From: an uncultured delta proteobacterium
GTDB taxonomy: Bacteria > Desulfobacterota > Binatia > UBA9968
Assembly (NCBI GenBank): GCA_963737905.1
Contig: CAVTUQ010000004.1
Coordinates: 128,001 to 192,000, forward strand
Direction: 5' to 3'
DNA: 64,000 bases
Part shown: piece by piece, positions 1 through 8,651 of the stretch
Position numbering within the stretch: position 1 is the first letter of the stretch
Layout of the letters: every line of letters starts with the position of its first letter
Translations under genes and position numbers: made by a program
The notes under the pieces: model-generated
Database searches by the model: none
Told to the model about the DNA's origin: nothing
The model's input: the letters and a program-made list of their open reading frames with translations, nothing else

Positions 1-493
1 AGGTGAGCGCCAGGAGGTGGAGTCTAGCCTGGTCCCCAGCGCCGAAAACCCCTGCGACCCGGGAGTTTTTGCGCGCGAGCAGATCGGTCCCGACCATCGA
101 GGCACAGGCCGTCGGCATCGCCACCACGCTGTTTGCGTCGGGCAGCTCTTTGGGATGCATTTCGCCGACTAGAATGAGCTTCAACGCCGCTGTGTCGCTG
201 TCGTAAAGCACCAGAACCGGGCGCCCGCGGCGGGGATATTTTTGTTTGTCGCCGAAAATGCGCACAAGCTCCGCGTGCGTCATGATGCCCGTCGTGCCGT
301 ATGCCGGCGCGGCGCCCTGGTGTAGCGTAATTCGCACGTTCTTCGGCGTGTGCGTGCGCCGCCGAAGCTCCGCCACCAGCGGGTCCTTCGCCCAATTGCG
401 GAAGGCGTCCAGCATTGCATCCACTGCCTCCGACATCGCGAGAATGCCGCGGTGGTCGTCCGGTTTTGCTAAAATCGCCACTGGTGCCGCCAT
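1..493 (-). CDS. Ornithine cyclodeaminase / mu-crystallin family protein (3' end runs off the window)
   Basis: Not in the ORF track because it has no stop in the window. Manual translation from ATG 493 (GGGAG RBS upstream): MAAPVAILAKPDDHRGILAMSEAVDAM...TACASMVGTDLLARKNSRVAGVFGAGDQARLHLLALT. The GxGxQA..H Rossmann motif is typical of the OCD/CRYM family. Confidence 0.8.
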   Translation of the reverse strand, partial: MAAPVAILAKPDDHRGILAMSEAVDAMLDAFRNWAKDPLVAELRRRTHTPKNVRITLHQGAAPAYGTTGIMTHAELVRIFGDKQKYPRRGRPVLVLYDSDTAALKLILVGEMHPKELPDANSVVAMPTACASMVGTDLLARKNSRVAGVFGAGDQARLHLLALT

Positions 494-511
494 CGATTCT
501 CCCTGATTTCC

Positions 512-793
512 TTATTCGGGCACTTCGACGGTCACGTCGCCGACAATCCGCGCGACGCAAGCCAGCCTTTCGTCCGGCCCCGCGTTCATCATTTCGAGGG
601 TCAATTCCTCGTTCTCGTTCTTTTCACTCAGGTGTTCTTTGCCGGAAAGGATCTTTACCCGGTCAGTGCCGCAAATCGCTTCGGTGCAGTCGTGGCGAAG
701 CTGCAAGCCGTTTTGAATCGCCGAAACCAGGACCGTCGTGCCCACCGCCACTTCAAATGACTGTCCGGCCGGCATAAAAGTCACCGTCGGCAT
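512..793 (-). CDS. 2Fe-2S ferredoxin, atypical motif C-x4-C-x2-D...C
   Basis: MPTVTF...HDCTEAICGTDRV...ERLAC; adrenodoxin-type size and pattern, third ligand encoded by GAC (Asp). Confidence 0.85.
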   Translation of the reverse strand: MPTVTFMPAGQSFEVAVGTTVLVSAIQNGLQLRHDCTEAICGTDRVKILSGKEHLSEKNENEELTLEMMNAGPDERLACVARIVGDVTVEVPE

Positions 794-796
794 AGT

Positions 797-1687
797 TCAG
801 GCCGCCATGCTTTTGATGCGCTCGATCGCTTCATTGATCATCCACTCGGGGGTCTCGTTGGCGCCGATGATACCCACCTTCTCTTTTCCCCGCAGCCACT
901 CTAACCTGAGGTCGTCGACCTTTTCGATTTTGTGCACATGCGCGTTGAAAGCGCGGGCGACTTCGACCATTCGGGTCGTCATCCCTTCGGTCCAGCCGAA
1001 AATAATCATGGCATCGACTTGTTTAGCAAGCTTCTCAACCTCCGGAAGGCGCTGTAGCGAATCGATGCAGGCCGTGTTTCTAATCTGAACGTTGGCAAAA
1101 CGCTCGAGAATCCGAGCAATGATCTTTTTGTAAGTTTCCAGCCAGAAGGTCGTTTGCACGATCACGCCGATGGGCTCGAACCGAGTGAGACGAATCGATT
1201 CGACTTCTTCTTCGCGCTCGACGATAAAGACTTCTTTTCCCTTTTCTCGCGCAATGCCCTGAAGCCTTGGGATGCCGTGGTGCGTGCGGCTGCTGAGGAC
1301 GACGAGATGACACCCGTGCTCCAGCAGCTCGATCTCCGCCTCTTCCTGCTGCGTGACGAAAGGACAAGTCGCGTCGGCCATCAGCGTGAGGCCTTTTTCG
1401 CGCGCCTTTTCTCTCACCTCGGGCGGCGCCCCGCGCACACCGTAAATCAGTTTTTCACCGGCGTCTATTGATTCCATATCGCTGGTTGAGCGAATCCCCT
1501 GTTCCCCCAGCCCTTCCTTTTTGAAAGCAATGAAATCGAGATCGGGTCTCAGCGACCAAACCGCCAGATGATCGCCATGCTTTGCGACCATTTTCTGGTG
1601 GATGGCGCCGGCGCGATGAACGCCGACGCATAGCCCGCTCGGAGGGATTCCTTTCACGTTACTCAAGTCGCCTTTCAATATTTGCAT
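797..1687 (-). CDS. IspH/LytB-fold 4Fe-4S protein, divergent paralog
   Basis: Three cluster Cys retained (GLCVGVHRA, DATCPFV, NTACIDS) plus QTT and a GANETP variant of GASTP. Start placed at ATG 1687 after a GAGGAGG RBS. Confidence 0.8.
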   Translation of the reverse strand: MQILKGDLSNVKGIPPSGLCVGVHRAGAIHQKMVAKHGDHLAVWSLRPDLDFIAFKKEGLGEQGIRSTSDMESIDAGEKLIYGVRGAPPEVREKAREKGLTLMADATCPFVTQQEEAEIELLEHGCHLVVLSSRTHHGIPRLQGIAREKGKEVFIVEREEEVESIRLTRFEPIGVIVQTTFWLETYKKIIARILERFANVQIRNTACIDSLQRLPEVEKLAKQVDAMIIFGWTEGMTTRMVEVARAFNAHVHKIEKVDDLRLEWLRGKEKVGIIGANETPEWMINEAIERIKSMAA

Positions 1688-1767
1688 GAGTTTTCCTCCT
1701 CGTACAGTCATCGCCGCACTGTCATTCCAAGAGGTCCCTGCGCGGTTTGCCGCGCCGATTATCGGTG

Positions 1768-2247
1768 TTAGACCGCCCGTGGCAAATCGATCGGCCCTCT
1801 ACTCTGGCGCGGCTCGACGTCAAAAGCTGCCGCCATTCGAACCGCGTAATTGTGATAGGCGATCGCCGTGGCGACCAGCAACACGTCCTTGTCGCTAAGG
1901 CCGGCCGCGCGCAGATCTTCGATATCCTTCTTGCGCACCGCGGCTTCATCGAGGGTACCCTTCTCCGCATAAGCCAGGACCGCCTTCTCCGCCGCCGTGA
2001 GCGTGAGCGCGCGCCAATCGCGCGCCGCTTGAGCCGCGAATGATGGGTCCAGCCGCCCGCCTACGGCGTCGACGAAGCGCTCGCAACGCAGACAACCGGC
2101 AACCACGAGACCGATCAAACTGTACAGGCGCGGCGTCAATTGATCGACAAGCAGGCCGTGCATCGCCGTGTCCGCGTCCAGCGCGGCGGGCGCCGCGCTG
2201 AGCAGATCGTCCATCCTTTTTCCTGGGACCATACGCAAACGGCTCAT
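1768..2247 (-). CDS. AhpD/carboxymuconolactone decarboxylase-like protein (third paralog, Cys only)
   Basis: DWRALTLTAAEKAVLAYAEKGT...DIEDLRAAGLSDKDVL...NYAVR parallels the two upstream paralogs; CLRC motif; ATGA overlap with the upstream gene. Confidence 0.75.
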   Translation of the reverse strand: MSRLRMVPGKRMDDLLSAAPAALDADTAMHGLLVDQLTPRLYSLIGLVVAGCLRCERFVDAVGGRLDPSFAAQAARDWRALTLTAAEKAVLAYAEKGTLDEAAVRKKDIEDLRAAGLSDKDVLLVATAIAYHNYAVRMAAAFDVEPRQSRGPIDLPRAV

Positions 2248-2891
2248 GATTTGTCCTCGTACAGCGTCGTCTGCAGCTGCTCACGCGTCACGCCGAAGGC
2301 TTCTAAAATTTCCTCAGGAAAGTCGAACTTTTCTTCCTCTACGCCGAGCAGGTCGGCGATGCGATCTACCCAGGTTCGGTATCCTGCTCCCAGACCGATG
2401 GCGAGGATCTGATCTTCATCAAACCCGGCTTGGCGCAATTTGTCGATGTCTCCGTCGGTAATTTGATCCGGCGTCAGGGTAAATTTTTCGGTGAACTCCA
2501 GCATGGTTTTCTCCTGCTCGTCCAAGTCGGCTTCGCGCCAGTTGGAGATCACCTTGGCAACTTCCTCAACCGCCATTTTGCCGTCGACACGGAGAAACTC
2601 CCCGTGACCGATGCCTCAAAACCGGCAGCCGCTCAGCGCCGCAACCTGGGTGGCGATCAGCTCTTCCTTGCGCCGGCCCAAGCCTGAATGACCGGGCCGA
2701 TAGATGCCCCTGTCGAAACCGACTCGGGCTTCGAGCAGCGCCGGACACAGGCTAAAAATTCGCACGATGGGCGGCAGCTTGTCGCCGCGTCTCTGGCGCA
2801 CCGACGGGCTCAGCCGCGCGAGAGTACGCTGATAGACTTCCTTGAGTTCGCCGCTCGCCTCCGACTCGTGAATGACATCGATGAAACTCAT
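2244..2891 (-). CDS. AhpD/CMD-like selenoprotein, 215 aa, predicted Sec92 in CRFU-x3-H
   Basis: ORFs 2616..2891 and 2244..2576 are in one frame: SGCRF-TGA(2616-2618)-GIGHGEFLRVDGKMAVEE. The TGA occupies the second Cys of the AhpD CxxC..H motif and a hairpin follows. Confidence 0.88.
2584..2611 (-). promoter_or_regulatory. Candidate bacterial SECIS hairpin
   Basis: mRNA UCGG-U-CACGGGGA[GUU]UCUCCGUG-UCGA; the loop G follows a 17-nt spacer after the UGA. Confidence 0.75.
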
Positions 2892-3574
2892 GAACCTTTC
2901 CCTTCACGCACCTGCCAGGGATCCGCCGGCATCGCCACACCGCGCTCCTTCGCTAACTTCTCCGCGCGCTCTGCGCCGGCTCGAGCGCTCTTTAGCTGCC
3001 ACTCGGCGACTTCCAGTCCGAGTCCATCGACCACCCGCACGCGGAAGTTGAAATAGGCGCACACGTGAACGATATCGAGAATGTCTCGGTCGGTCCAGCC
3101 TGCGTCTCGAAGTTTCTGTATATCTTCTTCCTTCATAGCACTCGGAGTTAAAGTTAACTTCTCGGCATATTCCAGCATCGTGTATTCGGCTGGCGTCAAT
3201 TGCATTTCGCGCCAATCCGATTTCGCCTGCTCCACCGCCAGATCGTCGCCACCCTCTTGACGCAGAAACTCTGCGTGGGCGACGGTTCAGAATCGACAGT
3301 TGAGCGCCCCTGAGGTCACCGTCGCGATCATTTCCCGCTGCGCCGTCGTGAGCCGGGATTCCCCTCGCATGATTTCCCACATCAGCTCCGCGGTATGCCA
3401 CATCGCTTTGGGATTGAGGCTGTGCAACATCGGCGGGCTAACCGGCGGTCCACCGGCTGACGCCTCGCGCTCCCGGTTGATTTTTTCACCCCGGCGCTGC
3501 TCGCGGATCTTTGCGTAAACCTCTTTTAGCTCTCCCTGGGCTTCAGCCTCGGGTGTGACCTTGATCCATGGCAT
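2888..3574 (-). CDS. AhpD/CMD-like (peroxidase-related) selenoprotein, 228 aa, predicted Sec96 in CRFU-x3-H
   Basis: ORFs 3287..3574 and 2888..3235 are in one frame: REMIATVTSGALNCRF-TGA(3287-3289)-TVAHAEFLRQEGGDDLAVEQAKSDW, matching the AhpD pattern E.IA..VS..N.CxxC..H. Confidence 0.9.
3244..3284 (-). promoter_or_regulatory. Candidate bacterial SECIS hairpin
   Basis: Outer stem CGUCGCC/GGCGACG and inner perfect stem ACGCAGA[GUU]UCUGCGU; the loop G follows a 17-nt spacer after the UGA. Confidence 0.8.
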
Positions 3575-3815
3575 TTGACTGTTCTCTTTCTTGACAGCCC
3601 TGATTTACTAACCGTTTGTCTTGTCTGATTCTGTCAGAATGAACTCATGTTGTCGCCCGCCGTCCCTGTATGCTCCAATGCATCTTGATACGCCAGCAGT
3701 TGGGGCTGAAGCGCAAATCGTCCGCCGCGCCGGCGAGATCGTACAGTTTCATCGAGCTAAGTATCGCGGGTAAAAGTGACTAGTCTTCCTCCAAGACCTG
3801 CCTCAAGAGATCAAA

Positions 3816-3851
3816 GTTGACTAACTACTACTAAGTATATAAGTAGTCAAC
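3816..3851. promoter_or_regulatory. Inverted repeat / probable GntR operator overlapping promoter elements
   Basis: GTTGACTA-N20-TAGTCAAC ends immediately before the gntR ATG; each arm contains a TTGACT -35-like hexamer; AT-rich spacer; no RBS before gntR. Confidence 0.55.
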
Positions 3852-4595
3852 ATGCTCCTGGCCAAAAAACCCGGCTCGCCTTTTCCTCTCTACTATAAGG
3901 TGATGATGGAAATCCGGGATAACATCTTATCCGGAAAGTGGGGCTCCGGCTTTCAAATTCCGGGGGAGATTGATCTCTCCCGGCAACTGGGTGTCAGCGT
4001 CATCACCGTGCGACAGGCCCTGGGACAGTTGGCGCAAGAAGGCTATCTAAGACGCGAAAAAGCAAGGGGCACCTTCGTAAACTGGAAGGGTCCTTTGAGA
4101 CAGTCCGTGAGTTTAGAAGTGCCGGCGGATGATCTCGCCACCATCAATCCTGACAGCACAAGCTTCAAACTCCTATCATTCGATCTCATTGAGTCTCCGG
4201 TAGACATTGAACAAAGTCTCCGGATACCGCGTAAAGAAAAAATAACACGCATTATTCGGATCCGATTATCCCAAGGGCAACCCCTCGCGTACGTGATTTC
4301 CTATGTCCCCTCGCGAATCGGTTCCAAGATTCAAGAAAAGGAGCTCGCGCGATCGCCCCTCAATACCATCGTTGAAGACCTCCTGCCGTTCAAAATCACT
4401 CGAGTGAAACATACGGTTGCGGCGAGGCTGGCCGATGATGAGGTGTCGGCTCACCTTGGGATCCCTCCGGGGTCACCGGTGCTTTACGTCGAAAGAGATT
4501 ATCTTCATAAAAAGGAAATGATTTTGCGATCCGTGGGCTTCTATCGGACTGACCTTTTCACTTACGAGCTCACGCTCAAACGCCGATCTCGCTAA
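3852..4595 (+). CDS. GntR family (HutC/UTRA) transcriptional regulator
   Basis: N-terminal winged HTH (PGEIDLSRQLGVSVITVRQAL...RGTFV) and C-terminal UTRA-type domain. Confidence 0.92.
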   Translation: MLLAKKPGSPFPLYYKVMMEIRDNILSGKWGSGFQIPGEIDLSRQLGVSVITVRQALGQLAQEGYLRREKARGTFVNWKGPLRQSVSLEVPADDLATINPDSTSFKLLSFDLIESPVDIEQSLRIPRKEKITRIIRIRLSQGQPLAYVISYVPSRIGSKIQEKELARSPLNTIVEDLLPFKITRVKHTVAARLADDEVSAHLGIPPGSPVLYVERDYLHKKEMILRSVGFYRTDLFTYELTLKRRSR

Positions 4596-4630
4596 CTGGT
4601 TATATCAGGTTCGTACCACTGGGGGTTTGT

Positions 4631-5395
4631 ATGATGAACATTGATGCTCTGAATGACCTCGCAGCCAACCGGAGAAGCATCCGCGGCTACGATAAGACAA
4701 AAAACGTTCCCGATGAAATGGTGCGAAAGATTCTCGATTGCGCCCGCTGGGCGCCTTCGGGAGGCAACGGCCAGCCTTGGGAATTTATCGTTGTCCGCGA
4801 TGAGAAAACTCGTCATGAGATCGCAGATATCTTCTTGAAGCAGCAAGAGCATAAAAAGGAAATGGAGATGGCTGTGCGCGGCGACGCGAAGATGACCGGT
4901 GATGGCTTCCGACATGCGCCGGTGCATCTCGTCGTGTTAGGTGACCCCAGGGTGAAAGAGACCTATCCGGTGAGAACGATGCTGGATAAGGCGGACTCCC
5001 ACTTCTACACAGGCCTGGCCAGCGCCACCTTGTTGATTCATCTGGCTGCGACTTCTCTCGGCTTGGCATCTCAGTATGTCAGCGACGCAAGCTCACCCTA
5101 CATGGAAACCATGCTCAAAGTTCTTCTTGGGGTACCCGAGCCTTTGAGGGTTTACCACCTGATTCCACTGGGCTATGCGAGCAAACCGATTCCCGCCCGG
5201 CCTCGGCGCGAGGTTGATGAGATGACCCACTATGAGCGCTATGACATGGCGAAATACAGAAACGACCGCGAGTTTCAAAAGTTCGTCATGACTGCCAGCC
5301 GGAGAGGTTACTACGGAAAAAAAACCTGGGTGGAGGACGATACGAATCAAACAACCGACCCTAAGGGAGGAAACAATGAGCAAGAAACAAGGTAA
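4631..5395 (+). CDS. Nitroreductase family flavoprotein
   Basis: RRSIRGY, APSGGNGQPWEFIVV, LAATSLGLAS motifs. Confidence 0.9.
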   Translation: MMNIDALNDLAANRRSIRGYDKTKNVPDEMVRKILDCARWAPSGGNGQPWEFIVVRDEKTRHEIADIFLKQQEHKKEMEMAVRGDAKMTGDGFRHAPVHLVVLGDPRVKETYPVRTMLDKADSHFYTGLASATLLIHLAATSLGLASQYVSDASSPYMETMLKVLLGVPEPLRVYHLIPLGYASKPIPARPRREVDEMTHYERYDMAKYRNDREFQKFVMTASRRGYYGKKTWVEDDTNQTTDPKGGNNEQETR

Positions 5396-5927
5396 AGTCG
5401 ATCTGGCGAAATTTCGCGAGGTCCATCAAGAGCAGCGGGAGCAGGCGAAGAAAGGTCCGGAAGGCCATACTCTCGTTGCCCGCGCCGTAGTCCGGCTCGT
5501 CGAGGACCAGCTCAAAGAGGCGAGAGTTGGGGAGTACACCATCCAGTGCGATGAGGCCAAGTCGCGCAAGGGCGGCGGTAAAGCGCCATCACCGCTGCAA
5601 TACTTTGTCGCCGCGGCGGGATTTTGAATGTTCAGTCAACTGGCGCGGTACGCGTCTCAATTGGGCATTGAGATCGAGGATGCGGAGATGGATATTCGAA
5701 TGACCTACGACACGCGCGGCAAGTTACTGTTAGCCGATGTCTCTCCGGCCTGTCGTGAGCTGACCTATGTTTTTAAGATTGAGAGCCCGGCGTCACCGGA
5801 AAAGGTGCAGGAGTTATTGCAGATGATCGAGAAGGGATGCCATACCATCAACTCGCTGAGAAATCCGGTGCCCGTGTCAGGGAAACTTGTCCATAACGGG
5901 CAAGAATTCGCCGTTCCTTCAACTTAG
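5376..5927 (+). CDS. OsmC/Ohr-like selenoprotein, 183 aa, predicted Sec84
   Basis: ORFs 5376..5627 and 5628..5927 abut in frame: GGGKAPSPLQYFVAAAGF-TGA(5625-5627)-MFSQLARY. The TGA sits at the first OsmC Cys (P.E...AA...C) and the second Cys is present (EKGCHTINSL). Confidence 0.87.
5628..5668 (+). promoter_or_regulatory. Candidate bacterial SECIS hairpin
   Basis: Outer stem AUGUUCAGU/AUUGGGCAU (with G-U pairs), inner GGCGCG[GUA]CGCGUC; the loop G follows a 20-nt spacer after the UGA. Confidence 0.7.
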
Positions 5928-5969
5928 CCCGTCTGCTAGGGAAGGATAACCATTAAACAAGGAGGTAAA

Positions 5970-6455
5970 ATGGCAAAGCAACTGAATATGGGCGACTTAT
6001 TTCCCGAGTACGTCGTGCAAACCGTGGATAATCGCACGCTTCATCTGCCACGAGACTTGTCCGGGGAATACTCGGTGCTAATTTTTTACCGCGGCGGTTG
6101 GTGACCTTACTGCAATCGGCAGTTGGCCGACTTCCAATCACACATCGACGAGTTCAAGAAAGAGAACGTCGACATCGTGGCCCTATCTGTGGATCCAATG
6201 GATAAGGCCAAGGAGACCGTGGAGAAGCTGCAGCTTACTTTTCCCGTGGCCTATGGACTCGAAGTGCCCAGGGATGCGGACAAAGTAGGCGCGTTTTGGG
6301 AGGAGCGGAGAAAAATCATCCACGCCACGAACTTTATTCTGGACTCAGACAAAAAGGTAGTCGACGCTTCTTATAGCATCGGCCCCATCGGCCGCATCGT
6401 CGCCGCCGACGCCCTGAGCCACGTCCAGTTCTTTAAAAAAAGAAAGGCACAGTAG
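5970..6455 (+). CDS. AhpC/TSA peroxiredoxin-like selenoprotein, 161 aa, predicted Sec45 in UPYC
   Basis: GGAGG RBS then ATG 5970: MAKQLNMGDLFPEY...VLIFYRGGW-TGA(6102-6104)-PYCNRQLADFQ, in frame with ORF 6123..6455; FYRGxWCPxC is the family motif. Confidence 0.92.
6116..6130 (+). promoter_or_regulatory. Candidate bacterial SECIS hairpin
   Basis: UCGGC[AGUUG]GCCGA; the loop G follows a 17-nt spacer after the UGA. Confidence 0.6.
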
Positions 6456-6595
6456 AGCTAAGATAACCCAAGGCTTGTTCTGTTACCAAGAGAGCAGGGT
6501 TCAGATCCTGGAATCCGTCAATCAAAGGCGGATGATTTTCATAAAATTCCTTGGTTTCCGATTGCGCGTATTCCGGAGCGATTTTCTTTTCCGAC

Positions 6596-7048
6596 TCACT
6601 TAGACACAGCTGTCTGAGCAAAGCCGGCAAGCGCTTTTTTCAGGTTTTCCACAGCCGGGCACTGCGACACCCCATGGCGTCGTGCCAGGAATTCGGGATC
6701 GTTGTACCCGAGCCATACCTGCCCGGACGCATCCTCCCAGACGAGCGCCTTAAGCGGCAGATCAATGCCCACCGTTTGGCTGCATTCCATAAACGGAGTG
6801 CCGCCCTGCGGATTACCAAAGATCAGCAACTCGGTCGAGCGCAGTTTCTTCCCTACTTTCGCTGCGCCGGCGGCATGGTCGATGCGCACAAATATCGTCA
6901 GCCCTTTCTCCTTAACAACAGCCTCGAGGCGATCCATCGTATCCTTCGGGTTATGCGGACTCTTAACCACGATGAGCCCATCCGCACCCCAGGTGAAAGT
7001 CGAAAGAGAAAACAAAAACATAACGATGACTGCTTGAACGATCTTCAT
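6596..7048 (-). CDS. DUF302 domain secreted protein
   Basis: Signal peptide MKIVQAVIVMFLF; IDHAAGA, LIFGNP.GGT, IDLPLKALVWED motifs; start after GGAGG RBS. Confidence 0.88.
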   Translation of the reverse strand: MKIVQAVIVMFLFSLSTFTWGADGLIVVKSPHNPKDTMDRLEAVVKEKGLTIFVRIDHAAGAAKVGKKLRSTELLIFGNPQGGTPFMECSQTVGIDLPLKALVWEDASGQVWLGYNDPEFLARRHGVSQCPAVENLKKALAGFAQTAVSK

Positions 7049-7425
7049 GATAGACCTCCTAATACACCCGCCAGGATGATTGGCATAGCTTTGTCCGGCT
7101 GACGCCCAGCGTTCATCGCATGCGCTACCCCGCGATCTTCCAGTCGGCGGCAGCATGCGATTTCTACCTCGATCAACCGATCAATTGCTCATTGTTGCAA
7201 AAATCTTTGACCCTGGATTAACACGAGGCCTGCAAATTCCAGATAGAGCCAGCGACCGGCACTTGGTGCAGAGTTTATGGACCTCTGGCGCAAGGCTGTT
7301 GAGATCGAGCGTTATTCGCCCTTCTGATATCGGTGCCGCTTCAGCTTACTCAGCCTTTGATCACAAGGCACAAACAGTCATCCATGACTGTTTGTCTTTT
7401 ATAGGAGACGTCCCGACGTTTCCGA

Positions 7426-8421
7426 TCACCGCTTCCCGTAGAGCTTCTCGATGAAGCCGCTCGTTTTCAGCTCGTCCACGAAGCGCAGATCGACGAAATC
7501 CTCCGGCTTCGCCTTCGCGGCCTTGGGATCGAGAGTGGCCTGGATCTCCAGGGTGGTCTTTAGCCCCTCTAGGGTGGGATAAGTGTCATCAACCAGCAGC
7601 TCCTTATTAGAGTCGTAGACCTGCTCGAAGAAAGTGCGACTCGGCCCGCGCGAATATTTCTGCATGATCTTCACGACCGGTTCTTTGTTGTTTTTGTAGT
7701 AGTGGACCGCTTCGGCCATAGCCTGGACCAGGCGCTGAACCAAGTCGGGATTTTCACGAATCATCTGCCTCGTGGTTACCGTACAGTTAAACTGAAACGG
7801 AATATTGAGCTTGGCCATGTCGATAATCACCTTCATGCCGAGCTTTTCTCCTCGAATCTTTTCTGCATCGGTCCCTACCGTGAAGTCAAGCTGTCCGCTT
7901 GCCACGGCCGCCACGCGGGCCGGGGCGCCGCCGACGGTGACTCCCTTGATATCTTTGAGCGATAAACCGACTCCTTTGAGGGCCAACCGCAGAGCGAAGT
8001 CCGCCGCTGTCCCCGGAATATGCATGGCTGCGGATCGTCCTTTGAGATCTTCCGGAGACTTAATCTCAGACTTGCCAAAGACGTAATAAGGCAAGGTGTT
8101 GGTCAGGCTGTTGATGATGGCGATGTCCCCGCCCGCCAGTTTGCCGTTGATGACTGAGGTCCCGACGGCGCTCGTAAAAGGAACACCCCCCGATATGAGA
8201 GTCTGGATGCCACGGGTGCTGCCGTCGATGAAAATCAAATCGAAATCCAGACCGTGCTTTTTAAAAAATCCTGCATCCTTGGTCACCCAGTACGCGGAAG
8301 CCGCGGCGGGCGAATCCGAAATATAGGCGACGTAGCTCGTCGCTTCGGCACTTCCCGTGAGTCCTCCAACCAAAGCGAAGAAGCAAAATACGATTGCGAC
8401 GCGACAGTTATACCGTGTCAT
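7426..8421 (-). CDS. ABC transporter substrate-binding protein (NMT1/SsuA-like), no partner genes adjacent
   Basis: Signal peptide, GFFKKHGLD, IKSPEDLKG motifs. Confidence 0.85.
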   Translation of the reverse strand: MTRYNCRVAIVFCFFALVGGLTGSAEATSYVAYISDSPAAASAYWVTKDAGFFKKHGLDFDLIFIDGSTRGIQTLISGGVPFTSAVGTSVINGKLAGGDIAIINSLTNTLPYYVFGKSEIKSPEDLKGRSAAMHIPGTAADFALRLALKGVGLSLKDIKGVTVGGAPARVAAVASGQLDFTVGTDAEKIRGEKLGMKVIIDMAKLNIPFQFNCTVTTRQMIRENPDLVQRLVQAMAEAVHYYKNNKEPVVKIMQKYSRGPSRTFFEQVYDSNKELLVDDTYPTLEGLKTTLEIQATLDPKAAKAKPEDFVDLRFVDELKTSGFIEKLYGKR

Positions 8422-8651
8422 AAACCCTCCTTACTTTCGCTTTAGAAAACGTGCCGAATCTAGTCCTATTGCCAGGGAATTACAATCCATCTGCGGGGCC
8501 CAGCGATCGCTCCTATTTAAGATTGCGCCGTATACACTGGTCCCAGGTTGATTAAAGGTAAAGCTCGATATACCGGGCCCTACAATAGACGAAGTAGTGC
8601 GGTTTTTAGAGGATAGACTTTCGCAAATCGCTTCTTTACCAAGAATGATTG

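Noticed and set aside
791-799. The IspH-like TGA stop is in frame with the ferredoxin ATG (TGA ACT ATG), a possible read-through fusion
   Set aside because: Not at a conserved Cys position, the IspH domain is complete, and there is no convincing SECIS-like hairpin.
797-1687. Assigning the gene symbol ispH
   Set aside because: Substrate-binding and catalytic residues appear replaced, so canonical function is not supported.
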